A stretch of 24,000 nt of DNA from the NCBI RefSeq assembly GCF_008079445.1, contig NZ_VRYH01000001.1, positions 481,196 through 505,195 on the forward strand, given 5' to 3'. Position 1 is the first letter of the stretch, and every line of letters starts with the position of its first letter. The DNA comes from Aidingimonas lacisalsi (lineage in GTDB: Bacteria > Pseudomonadota > Gammaproteobacteria > Pseudomonadales > Halomonadaceae). The translations under genes were made by a program, and so were the position numbers. The notes below the pieces were generated by a model, which was not told where the DNA came from, did no database searches, and saw only the letters and a program-made list of their open reading frames with translations. Of this stretch, positions 1 through 7,161 are shown piece by piece.

Positions 1-725
1 GTGGTGGATGGGCACTGACCATTCCCACGGCGTTGACCGTTCAGAACGGTGACGATGTGCAGCGTGTCCTCCCTTGTCGAGGTGATGACATGCGCGCCAT
101 GGCATCGGTGCTCGATGATTTTTCGGTAGCGGCTATCAAAGTGGGGTTGATTGCTAGCCTCGATGCATTGGATGCGGTTGTGGATATCATCCAACGTTAT
201 CCCGGTGTCCCTCTGGTCCTGGATCCGGTCTTGAAAAGTGGAGGCGGCACAGAGTTATACACAACCGAATTGATCGATGCTTGTCGTGATCGGTTGCTCC
301 CCCTTGTGGATATCCTGACGCCCAACCGTTATGAATTAGCATGTCTGGCCGGCGACAGTTGGGATAACGACACGGATCGTGCTGTAGCGCTACTGTCGTT
401 GGGGTGCCAGGCTGTCTTGGTTACCGCGACCGATGAGCCATTACCCAACACCTCGTCCGAATGCGTGATGCACACCTTGCATACACCGGACAACGGCAGG
501 CAATGGCACTGGCCAAGACTTCCCGATCATTTTCATGGTTCCGGGTGTACCCTGGCCGCGTCTTTGGCCGTACGGTTGGCATCCGGCGAGAGCTTGATTC
601 AAGCCTGTGAGCAGGCCCAGTCCTATACTTGGCAATCCTTGCGCCATGGTTGGCGTCCGGGCGATGGCCAGTGTTTTCCCCGTCGTCTGTGGCGCCACTC
701 CACCCATCCGTTTTCAATGGAGTGA
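1..725 (+). CDS. thiD: hydroxymethylpyrimidine/phosphomethylpyrimidine kinase ThiD; 5' end lies left of the window
   Basis: The frame is open from base 3 (GGWALTIPTALTVQN...), so the TTG at 33 is internal. ThiD/ribokinase-family hallmarks are present: AIKVGLIAS, VLDPVL, and the C-terminal HGSGCTLAASLA anion hole. thiE follows directly. Confidence 0.9.
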   Translation, partial: GGWALTIPTALTVQNGDDVQRVLPCRGDDMRAMASVLDDFSVAAIKVGLIASLDALDAVVDIIQRYPGVPLVLDPVLKSGGGTELYTTELIDACRDRLLPLVDILTPNRYELACLAGDSWDNDTDRAVALLSLGCQAVLVTATDEPLPNTSSECVMHTLHTPDNGRQWHWPRLPDHFHGSGCTLAASLAVRLASGESLIQACEQAQSYTWQSLRHGWRPGDGQCFPRRLWRHSTHPFSME

Positions 726-729
726 ACGC

Positions 730-1398
730 ATGGAGCTCCACTGGAAGCAAGGTATCTACGCCATTACCGATAGTCACCTGTTGCCCGACGACCACACGCT
801 ATTTTCAGCCTGCGAAGCGGCACTGGAGGGCGGACTGGCGTTGCTGCAATACCGTGACAAGTCATCTGATCCGGATAAACGCTGGCGTCAGTCACAGGGT
901 CTGGCCGCTCTATGTCGTGGGCATGGTGTACCGTTGATCATCAATGATGACCTTGAGCTGGCATGGCGATTGCGTTGCGCAGGGTATCGACACGTCGGTT
1001 TGCACCTGGGGCAGGAGGATGGCGCGATAGGTGAGGCACGTGCAAGGCTTGGACCCGATGCCATTATTGGTTCCACCTGCCATGACAGTCTGGATCTGGC
1101 GAAACAAGCCTCCCGGGAAGGTGCCAGTTATCTCGCATTCGGTCGCTTCTTCGCTTCATCCACCAAACCGGAAGCGCCGTCTGCGAGACTCGAGTGTCTT
1201 GAGAAAGCGGCGGTCTTTGGTTTACCGCGAGTCGCGATTGGGGGGATCGGGGCAGAAAATATGATGATGGCCAGGAGAGCCGGGGCCGACCTGCTTGCCA
1301 TGGTCGGTAGTGTGTTCCGCCATGAAGATCCACGAACGCGTGTCGCATGGCTGAATCAACGGCTGGACAACCCGCGATTTGCACCTGACCATGAATAG
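730..1398 (+). CDS. thiE: thiamine-phosphate synthase ThiE
   Basis: MELHWKQGIYAITDS..LLQYRDK..IINDD..HLGQED..GGIG is a typical ThiE pattern. The ATG at 730 lies 4 nt after the thiD stop. The ORF-track start at 607 would overlap thiD by 119 nt and adds non-conserved residues. Confidence 0.9.
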   Translation: MELHWKQGIYAITDSHLLPDDHTLFSACEAALEGGLALLQYRDKSSDPDKRWRQSQGLAALCRGHGVPLIINDDLELAWRLRCAGYRHVGLHLGQEDGAIGEARARLGPDAIIGSTCHDSLDLAKQASREGASYLAFGRFFASSTKPEAPSARLECLEKAAVFGLPRVAIGGIGAENMMMARRAGADLLAMVGSVFRHEDPRTRVAWLNQRLDNPRFAPDHE

Positions 1399-1438
1399 AG
1401 CATGCGCATCGTGACCGATGGCGTTACCGTTTCATTAC

Positions 1439-1481
1439 CTATCCACAAGGTGGCTAGCTGTTATCCAAAGGGTTATCCACA
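1439..1481 (+). promoter_or_regulatory. cluster of three DnaA-box motifs in the thiE-hemL spacer
   Basis: CTATCCACA (1439-1447), TTATCCAAA (1461-1469) and TTATCCACA (1473-1481) are all in the same orientation. One is a perfect match to the 9-mer TTATCCACA and two are one-mismatch matches. Confidence 0.5.
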
Positions 1482-1517
1482 GCTTGTCATCAAGATTCTT
1501 GATGCATGAGGGCCTTC

Positions 1518-2807
1518 ATGACCACATCCGCTGAGCTGTTCGAACAGGCATGTCGTTACATTCCAGGGGGAGTCAATTCTCCGGTACGTGCCTTCAAGGG
1601 CATGGATCGGGCGCCCCGGTTCATCGAGCGTTCTCAAGGAGCCTATCTATTCGATGTGGAAAGCAACCATTATGTCGATTATGTCGGCTCCTGGGGACCG
1701 ATGATCACCGGCCATGCCGACCCGGAGGTACTCGCTGCCGTCCGTGACAGGCTTGACGACGGTCTCTCCTTCGGGACGCCGACGGCCATCGAAACCACCA
1801 TGGCTGAGTCGATCTGTGAATTGATCCCGACCATCGAGATGGTTCGCATGGTCAACTCCGGTACCGAGGCCACCATGTCCGCCGTGCGTTTGGCCCGTGG
1901 CTATACCGGTCGCGATAAAATCGTCAAGTTCGAGGGCAATTACCATGGTCATACCGACTCGCTGCTGGTCAAGGCCGGTTCCGGAGCACTGACCCACGGT
2001 GAACCCAGCTCTCCCGGTATTCCAGCGTCGTTGGCTGAGCATACCGTGACCCTGTCGTATAATGACATCGAAGCCGTGGAAGCCTGTTTCGAGGAGATTG
2101 GCGATCAGGTGGCCTGCATCATCGTCGAGCCGGTAGCCGGCAACATGAATTGCATTCCTCCTTCGCCGGATTTCTTGCAGGGGCTGCGACGTGTCTGCAA
2201 CGAACATGGCAGTTTGCTGGTTTTCGATGAGGTGATGACTGGATTCCGTGTCGCCTTGGGGGGAGCGCAAGCTCATTATGGCGTGATGCCGGATCTGACG
2301 TGTCTGGGCAAGATCGTCGGTGGCGGCATGCCGGTGGGGGCATTCGGCGGCAGTCGCGAAATCATGTCCTGGATATCTCCGTTGGGTCCGGTTTACCAGG
2401 CTGGAACACTGGCTGGTAACCCGCTGGCCATGGCTGCAGGCATAACGCTTTTGAACAAGATTCGTGAGCCCGGTTTTCATGATGCGCTGGCCCAGCGTGT
2501 CGATACCCTGTGTTCCGGACTCGAAGCTCGTGCCCAGGCGGCAGGAGTGGATATGATAACGCAGCATGTTGGCGGCATGTTCGGAGTCTTCTTTACTCAC
2601 CAGACGAGCGTCGACAATTTCGCGCAGGTAGCGGCTTGCGATGCTGAGATGTTTCGTCGCTTCTTTTCGCGAATGCTCGATCAGGGCGTTTATCTGGCAC
2701 CGTCCCCCTTCGAGGCCGGTTTCATGTCAAGTGCGCATACGCCGGAAGACATCCAGAAGACATTGGATGGGGCTGAGAAGGTATTCGATAGTCTGGGTCG
2801 AACTTGA
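1518..2807 (+). CDS. hemL: glutamate-1-semialdehyde 2,1-aminomutase HemL
   Basis: The N-terminus [21 protein letters not shown] matches HemL, and the class-III aminotransferase core is present ([24 protein letters not shown]). The ATG at 1518 gives the canonical N-terminus; 1506 is an in-frame alternative. Confidence 0.95.
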   Translation: MTTSAELFEQACRYIPGGVNSPVRAFKGMDRAPRFIERSQGAYLFDVESNHYVDYVGSWGPMITGHADPEVLAAVRDRLDDGLSFGTPTAIETTMAESICELIPTIEMVRMVNSGTEATMSAVRLARGYTGRDKIVKFEGNYHGHTDSLLVKAGSGALTHGEPSSPGIPASLAEHTVTLSYNDIEAVEACFEEIGDQVACIIVEPVAGNMNCIPPSPDFLQGLRRVCNEHGSLLVFDEVMTGFRVALGGAQAHYGVMPDLTCLGKIVGGGMPVGAFGGSREIMSWISPLGPVYQAGTLAGNPLAMAAGITLLNKIREPGFHDALAQRVDTLCSGLEARAQAAGVDMITQHVGGMFGVFFTHQTSVDNFAQVAACDAEMFRRFFSRMLDQGVYLAPSPFEAGFMSSAHTPEDIQKTLDGAEKVFDSLGRT

Positions 2808-2818
2808 CAGAATAGCGG

Positions 2819-4402
2819 GTGATCAACCGGGTGGTCAGGAGGGAAACGGTGAGCGATGCGTTGATTCAGGCGCTGAGTCATCCAGCGTGTTACGAGCCCT
2901 CGGTGCAAGAAGTCGAATGTCTCGAGACGCCGATGGCGTGGGTATTGTTGACAGGGGATTATGCCTACAAGGTCAGCAAACCTCTGACCCTGGGTAACGT
3001 CATTGATCGCTCGACCCTGGAACAGCGTCGATCTCTTTGTGAACGAGAGGTACGACTCAGTCGACGCGTTGCACCCCATCATCGTTTAAGCGTAGTGCCT
3101 ATCTCCGGCACCCCTGAGTCGCCTCGCTTGGGCGATGACTCCGCCCCCATCGAGTATGCGGTAAAAATGTACCAGTTGAGTCCTCGCCGCTTATTCAGTG
3201 CATGGCAGGCCGGCGGGCAATTCTCTCGCGAACTGGTCGATGAGCTGATCGTTCAACTGGTTGATTTCCATGAATGTGCGGAAACGGCATTGCCTGGGTC
3301 CATGGAGACTCGTGTTGAGTCCGTTCGGGATAATATCGAGCTGGAGTTCGAGCGGATCCTGCCCCAGCTTCAAGATGCTTCTGAATTGCACCGCCTGGCC
3401 TTGTTGCGAACCTGGGCTGCGGAGGCGTTTGCTCGTTTACGAGCTGTGTTATCAATACGCTATGAGCAGGGAAGCGTACGTAAGATACCCCAGGATTTTC
3501 GCTGTCGCCATGTCGATCATGATGGCGTTGCCTGGTCCTTTGATCGGGTCGCTGCGTTGGATCGGGAGCCTTGGATCGATGTGGGTGGCGATCTGGCAGG
3601 TCTGCTGGTTGAACTGGAAGCTCGAGGCGAACGCCCGTTGGCACGACATGCTTTGAATCGTTACCTGGAACTCTCGGGAGATTATGATCTAGCCAGAGTA
3701 TTAGACTACTTCAAGGTCTATCGTGCCCTGGAGCGTGCCAGAGGTATCCTCCAGGAGGCTGGGACGCAGGGAATCGGGCCCTTGCAATACGAACGTTGTC
3801 GTGACTATCTGGCACTAGCGGAAAGTGACAGTGAATTCCGTTTCCCCTATCTGTTGATCGGCGCCGGGGTATCGGGAAGTGGGAAGAGCCGCTTCACTGG
3901 TGAGACAATTCGACGTCTAGGCGGTATTCGACTGCGTTCCGATGTCGAGCGAATGCGCTTGTTCGGCTGTGAGTCTGACGAAGCGAAAGAGACGATTGAT
4001 GCCAATCTCTATGGACCCAGAAATACGCAACGTACCTATCGACGTCTCGCTGAATTGACGGGCATTCTTCTGGAATCGGGATTACCCGTTTGTATCGATG
4101 CGACTTGTCTGAAACGCCAGCAACGTGATCTGCTTGCCTGGCAGGCAGAAGGGCGAGGCTTGCCGGTGATCATTGTCAGCTTCGAAGCGGATGAGGCCAC
4201 GCTTCGTTCCCGTATTCAAAAACGCTCGCGAGGTATTGATGATTCCTCGATGAGCGGGCTGGCGATTCTGGAGCATCAGCTTGCCGAACGTGAGCCTTTT
4301 GGTGACGACGAGCGACGTAGACTGATTCATCTTGATACGACAGCCGACAATGCTACCGATAATTTAGTGAGCTTGATTCAGACGCATATGCGACTGGACT
4401 GA
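2819..4402 (+). CDS. bifunctional aminoglycoside-phosphotransferase-like / P-loop ATP-binding (AAA-kinase) protein
   Basis: 527 aa. The N-terminal part resembles an APH/protein-kinase-like fold (WVLLTGDYAYKVSKP...TLEQRRSLCEREVRLSRRVAP). The C-terminal ~170 aa carry a Walker A motif, GAGVSGSGKSRF. GTG start at 2819. Confidence 0.75.
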   Translation: MINRVVRRETVSDALIQALSHPACYEPSVQEVECLETPMAWVLLTGDYAYKVSKPLTLGNVIDRSTLEQRRSLCEREVRLSRRVAPHHRLSVVPISGTPESPRLGDDSAPIEYAVKMYQLSPRRLFSAWQAGGQFSRELVDELIVQLVDFHECAETALPGSMETRVESVRDNIELEFERILPQLQDASELHRLALLRTWAAEAFARLRAVLSIRYEQGSVRKIPQDFRCRHVDHDGVAWSFDRVAALDREPWIDVGGDLAGLLVELEARGERPLARHALNRYLELSGDYDLARVLDYFKVYRALERARGILQEAGTQGIGPLQYERCRDYLALAESDSEFRFPYLLIGAGVSGSGKSRFTGETIRRLGGIRLRSDVERMRLFGCESDEAKETIDANLYGPRNTQRTYRRLAELTGILLESGLPVCIDATCLKRQQRDLLAWQAEGRGLPVIIVSFEADEATLRSRIQKRSRGIDDSSMSGLAILEHQLAEREPFGDDERRRLIHLDTTADNATDNLVSLIQTHMRLD

Positions 4403-4626
4403 GATACGCACCGTTCAACTCATGATGTAACAAATAAATTACGTTGTGTTTTCGGGTAACTGATTGTTCGCTAACGAGAAGACAAAATAGCAATAGTATT
4501 TCGCGAAAATTGTGTATCGTTGCTGAAACATGATTATGGTTTTTGTCCAGACCGTGCTCTTATCCTTCCTTTTTGTTTGTTCCCAATATATTGATTATTA
4601 ATGGTTTTTATCCCTTGAAGCCATTT

Positions 4627-4641
4627 TGGCATATATCATGC
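4627..4641 (+). promoter_or_regulatory. candidate sigma-54 (-24/-12) promoter of the divergent Fap-like module
   Basis: TGGCAT-ATATC-ATGC, with exact GG-N10-GC spacing (GG 4628-4629, GC 4640-4641). It has two mismatches to TGGCAC-N5-TTGC. It lies ~140 nt upstream of the ATG at 4782, in an AT-rich spacer. Confidence 0.55.
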
Positions 4642-4670
4642 CCCATCTTGTTACCATGAAAAGACACTGT

Positions 4671-4697
4671 ATATCAGTGGATGTTTGTCACTGATAT
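4671..4697 (+). other. 9-bp perfect inverted repeat in the predicted 5' leader
   Basis: ATATCAGTG (4671-4679) and CACTGATAT (4689-4697) are separated by the 9-nt loop GATGTTTGT. The repeat lies downstream of the sigma-54 promoter and upstream of the ATG at 4782. Confidence 0.4.
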
Positions 4698-4781
4698 CGG
4701 TGATGACTTCTCTGATGATGCCAGAAAGTACGATTTTCATGGGCGAAATGAATAAATCATGCATGATAAGGGAGATTCACC

Positions 4782-5924
4782 ATGAAGAAGTATGTACTAG
4801 CGGGAACAACGATGTTGGCCTTGGTCATGGCGATTTCCACTGCCAGTGCCAACCCCTTCAACAAGCAGATCGGCACGGATGATAGTGGCGATCAATCAAA
4901 TAATCTGACATCGACAGCGGCAGCAACAGGCGGAGACAGTGGTTTTTCGCTGGGTGGTAGCGGTGGTGATGGCTCCAGTGACGCTTCCGTCAAAGCCAAG
5001 AATTATCTGGATGAGGTCGACGACGACGATAACGCTGGAACACAGACCGCGGCGGGTACAGCCACCAGTGGAACAGGGACTGGCGGTGCGGGTGGTGCCG
5101 GCGGTGCTACTGGACGCGGTGGCGATGCCTGGGCCATGAGTGAATCCTACAACACCATCACCGAAGTCATTGCCTATCAGGACCTGGAATCCCAAGTCAC
5201 CGGCTCCAGGGTATATATCACGGCAGGTGATGGAGCCATGGGGGGGGCCGGCGATGATGGTGGCGATGCGTTTGCTGCCTCTGTCGGAGTCGGTGTTGGT
5301 GGTGAAGGCGGTAAAGGTGAAGGGGGTGATGGCGGTAAGTCCTACGCCAAGGCAGGCGATGGTGACGATGGCGGTGATGGTACTGGTCTCGGTCTCGGAC
5401 TAGGCGCTGGTCAGGGTGGTGACGCTGACGCCGAGAATGATGACACCTATGCCAACAACGCAACCTTGGCTGGTCTAGCGGCTGTCGTCGAGGATGATGA
5501 CAATAATGCGACTGGCGGGGCGGCCACTGGCGGTGATGCCACGGCTTCATCAGCAGCAGCAGGCGGTACCGGTGGTGCCGGTAGTGGTACTGGCAGCGGT
5601 TCCGGTACGGGGACTGCCGGTGATGGCGGTAATGGCGGTAACGCAACAGCAGGAACTGGAGGTAGCGCTAACGGTAATGGCGGCGGCGGCGGTGGTGGCA
5701 CCGGCACCAGTGGCGATGCCATGGCGGCTGCCGGCAATGGTGGCAACGGTGGTAACGGCGGCAATGGCGGCAATGCAACGTTGGCAACCGGAACTGCCAG
5801 TATGTCAGCAGGCTCCGGAACCTTCGGGGGTATCGCCAACATGAACTTGTCCACCGGTATCTATAACTCTCAGTTGGCTGCCAGCAACGTTGCGGCACAT
5901 AGCAACGTCAACATTGGCAATTGA
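4782..5924 (+). CDS. secreted Gly/Asp-rich low-complexity protein with one C-terminal Fap-type N/Q/G repeat (putative cargo)
   Basis: An RBS (GGGAGA) precedes the ATG. The Sec signal peptide is MKKYVLAGTTMLALVMAISTASA|NP. Long G/D/A/T tracts follow (GGAGGAGGATGRGGD, GGEGGKGEGGDGGK, NGGNGGNGGNGGN). The C-terminal 36 aa, SGTFGGIANMNLSTGIYNSQLAASNVAAHSNVNIGN, align in register with the FapB/FapC repeats. Confidence 0.8.
   Translation: MKKYVLAGTTMLALVMAISTASANPFNKQIGTDDSGDQSNNLTSTAAATGGDSGFSLGGSGGDGSSDASVKAKNYLDEVDDDDNAGTQTAAGTATSGTGTGGAGGAGGATGRGGDAWAMSESYNTITEVIAYQDLESQVTGSRVYITAGDGAMGGAGDDGGDAFAASVGVGVGGEGGKGEGGDGGKSYAKAGDGDDGGDGTGLGLGLGAGQGGDADAENDDTYANNATLAGLAAVVEDDDNNATGGAATGGDATASSAAAGGTGGAGSGTGSGSGTGTAGDGGNGGNATAGTGGSANGNGGGGGGGTGTSGDAMAAAGNGGNGGNGGNGGNATLATGTASMSAGSGTFGGIANMNLSTGIYNSQLAASNVAAHSNVNIGN
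5733..5774 (+). repeat. imperfect 9-nt codon repeat encoding (GNG)n
   Basis: GGCAATGGT GGCAACGGT GGTAACGGC GGCAATGGC GGCAAT is in frame with the 4782 CDS and encodes GNGGNGGNGGNGGN. Synonymous differences interrupt perfect DNA repetition. Confidence 0.8.
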
Positions 5925-5958
5925 TGAGTGTTTGATACGGCTATAAAGCGGTAATCAT

Positions 5959-5989
5959 GGGTTGGCGGCATTGTCCGCCAACCCTTATT
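5959..5989 (+). terminator. hairpin attenuator/terminator after the Gly-rich cargo gene
   Basis: GGGTTGGCGG (5959-5968), loop CATTGT, CCGCCAACCC (5975-5984) form a perfect 10-bp GC-rich stem, followed by TTATT. It starts 35 nt after the stop codon. Confidence 0.55.
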
Positions 5990-6028
5990 CGATCGATCTT
6001 TAGTGCGTCGGCACAGGAGCAGTTCATC

Positions 6029-6412
6029 ATGAAAAGATTCGACCGTTTGTCGCTGCAGCTGATTGGGATCGTCACGCTGGTGGGTCTTGCCGTTTCGCCT
6101 ATTCTTGCAGAAGAACTCCCATCTTCAACTGCCCGAGGATTCGATACTGTCGAAAAAATTGATGGCGACATTCTTGAAACCCTGAGAGGGAAAGAAGGGT
6201 TCGTTAATCTGACAAATGTTCAAAGCATTCAAAATCTTGATGCTAGCGTGAGTCATAGCAGCTTTTATGCCGATACTATACGCAGTGGTGCAATCACCAT
6301 CGAGGCTCAGGCACTAGAAAATTTTGGTGGGATCGGGTTATTCAACCTGGTTACCGGCAATAATAATGCTGTCAATAGTGGTGTTGGAGTAAGTATCTAC
6401 ATGGCTGAGTGA
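6029..6412 (+). CDS. small secreted protein ending in one Fap-type repeat (FapB/nucleator-like position)
   Basis: AGGAG lies 10 nt upstream of the ATG at 6029. The signal peptide is MKRFDRLSLQLIGIVTLVGLAVSPILA|EE. The C-terminus is AQALENFGGIGLFNLVTGNNNAVNSGVGVSI. The ORF-track start at 5957 falls inside the upstream hairpin. Confidence 0.65.
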   Translation: MKRFDRLSLQLIGIVTLVGLAVSPILAEELPSSTARGFDTVEKIDGDILETLRGKEGFVNLTNVQSIQNLDASVSHSSFYADTIRSGAITIEAQALENFGGIGLFNLVTGNNNAVNSGVGVSIYMAE

Positions 6413-6424
6413 TGAGTAATTGAT

Positions 6425-7138
6425 ATGAAGAAACTGATTACCGGAATTATGGCGGCGACGGTGCTGACTGCATCATTTCAAATGATGAACGTTTCTTCAG
6501 CCTATGCTGGTTCTGTCAACATTGCCGGTTCCTTCGGCTCGTTTCAGGTTCCCAGCAAAAGTCTGGTTGAATTGCGTTGGGATCGTGTTGTGCCTCAGCA
6601 GTATGACTATAGTTGCGGATCCGCTGCCGTCGCGACGCTACTTACCTATCATTACGATCGCGAAACTTCCGAAGCGGAAGTCTTCGATCTCATGTTCGCT
6701 AGTGGCGATAAGGAGAAAATACAACAGCATGGATTTTCAATGCTTGATATGAAGCGCTACCTGGATGCTCAGAATCTTGATTCGGACGGTTTCCGCATCG
6801 AGCTGGACGATTTTATACGCATCGGGGTCCCTGCCATCACGTTAATCAATACCGGCGGTTACAAACATTTCGTGGTGATCAAAGGCATGGATGAAGATCG
6901 TGTTCTGGTTGGCGATCCGGCAGTAGGTACTGTCGTTGTGCCTAAGGAGCACTTCAGAAAGCTGTGGGACGGTACGGTGCTTGGAGCCAGGCGCGAAATG
7001 GAACTTGCTCAGCTTCACTTCAATCACGAAGATGATTGGCGTATCCGCCCCGATTCGCCGTTAAAGCAGGGTATGAGGCGTTCCGGTGTGGGTAGCGCCT
7101 TACTCGGTCTACCCGGTGATAACGAGATGGGCAAATAA
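6425..7138 (+). CDS. periplasmic C39-family cysteine peptidase (FapD-like paralog)
   Basis: The signal peptide ends ..SSAYA|GS. The catalytic Cys context is YDYSCGSAAVATLLTY, the His context is GGYKHFVVIKG, and the Asp context is VGDPAVG. The protein is colinear with the 13656-14372 product. Confidence 0.85.
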   Translation: MKKLITGIMAATVLTASFQMMNVSSAYAGSVNIAGSFGSFQVPSKSLVELRWDRVVPQQYDYSCGSAAVATLLTYHYDRETSEAEVFDLMFASGDKEKIQQHGFSMLDMKRYLDAQNLDSDGFRIELDDFIRIGVPAITLINTGGYKHFVVIKGMDEDRVLVGDPAVGTVVVPKEHFRKLWDGTVLGARREMELAQLHFNHEDDWRIRPDSPLKQGMRRSGVGSALLGLPGDNEMGK

Positions 7139-7161
7139 TAGCCTCATTGGGGACGATGACC

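Noticed and set aside
607-729. ORF-track N-terminal extension of thiE that overlaps thiD by 119 nt.
   Set aside because: The extension is not ThiE-like. The ATG at 730 lies right after the thiD stop and gives the conserved ThiE N-terminus.
5040-5790. N-A-T sequons (four copies, one in a D-x-N-x-T context at DDNNAT) as evidence for N-glycosylation.
   Set aside because: No oligosaccharyltransferase or NGT-type glycosyltransferase gene is in the window. Such tripeptides are expected by chance in an N/A/T/G-rich sequence.
4896-5898. Many long ORFs on both strands and in several frames overlapping 4782-5924 (for example 5218-5646, 5447-5854, 5494-5844, 5668-5898).
   Set aside because: They are artefacts of a stop-codon-poor GGN/GCN-rich repeat sequence. 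Their products are Pro/His/Arg homopolymer-like, and they have no RBS or signal peptide. Only the + frame starting at 4782 has an RBS, a signal peptide and a C-terminal conserved repeat.
4782-5924. The Gly-rich protein as an RTX toxin/adhesin or a PE-PGRS-like protein.
   Set aside because: There is no regular GGxGxDxUx nonapeptide periodicity. There is no C-terminal T1SS signal context and there are no T1SS genes. The N-terminal Sec signal peptide argues against T1SS. PE-PGRS is a mycobacterial family with a PE domain that is absent here.
5957-6028. ATG at 5957 as the start of the small secreted protein.
   Set aside because: It falls inside the 5959-5984 hairpin and has no RBS. The ATG at 6029 has AGGAG upstream and begins a canonical signal peptide.
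6860-6879. A 20-nt identical stretch (TACAAACATTTCGTGGTGAT) shared with 14103-14122 in the two C39 genes, considered as a gene-conversion tract.
   Set aside because: It covers only the invariant YKHFVV catalytic-His block and the flanks diverge immediately. Amino-acid constraint plus codon preference explains it.
6425-7138. The C39 peptidases as parts of bacteriocin ABC exporters.
   Set aside because: Both are ~235-aa standalone proteins with Sec signal peptides and no transmembrane or ATPase domains. No ABC transporter or small GG-leader bacteriocin gene is nearby.
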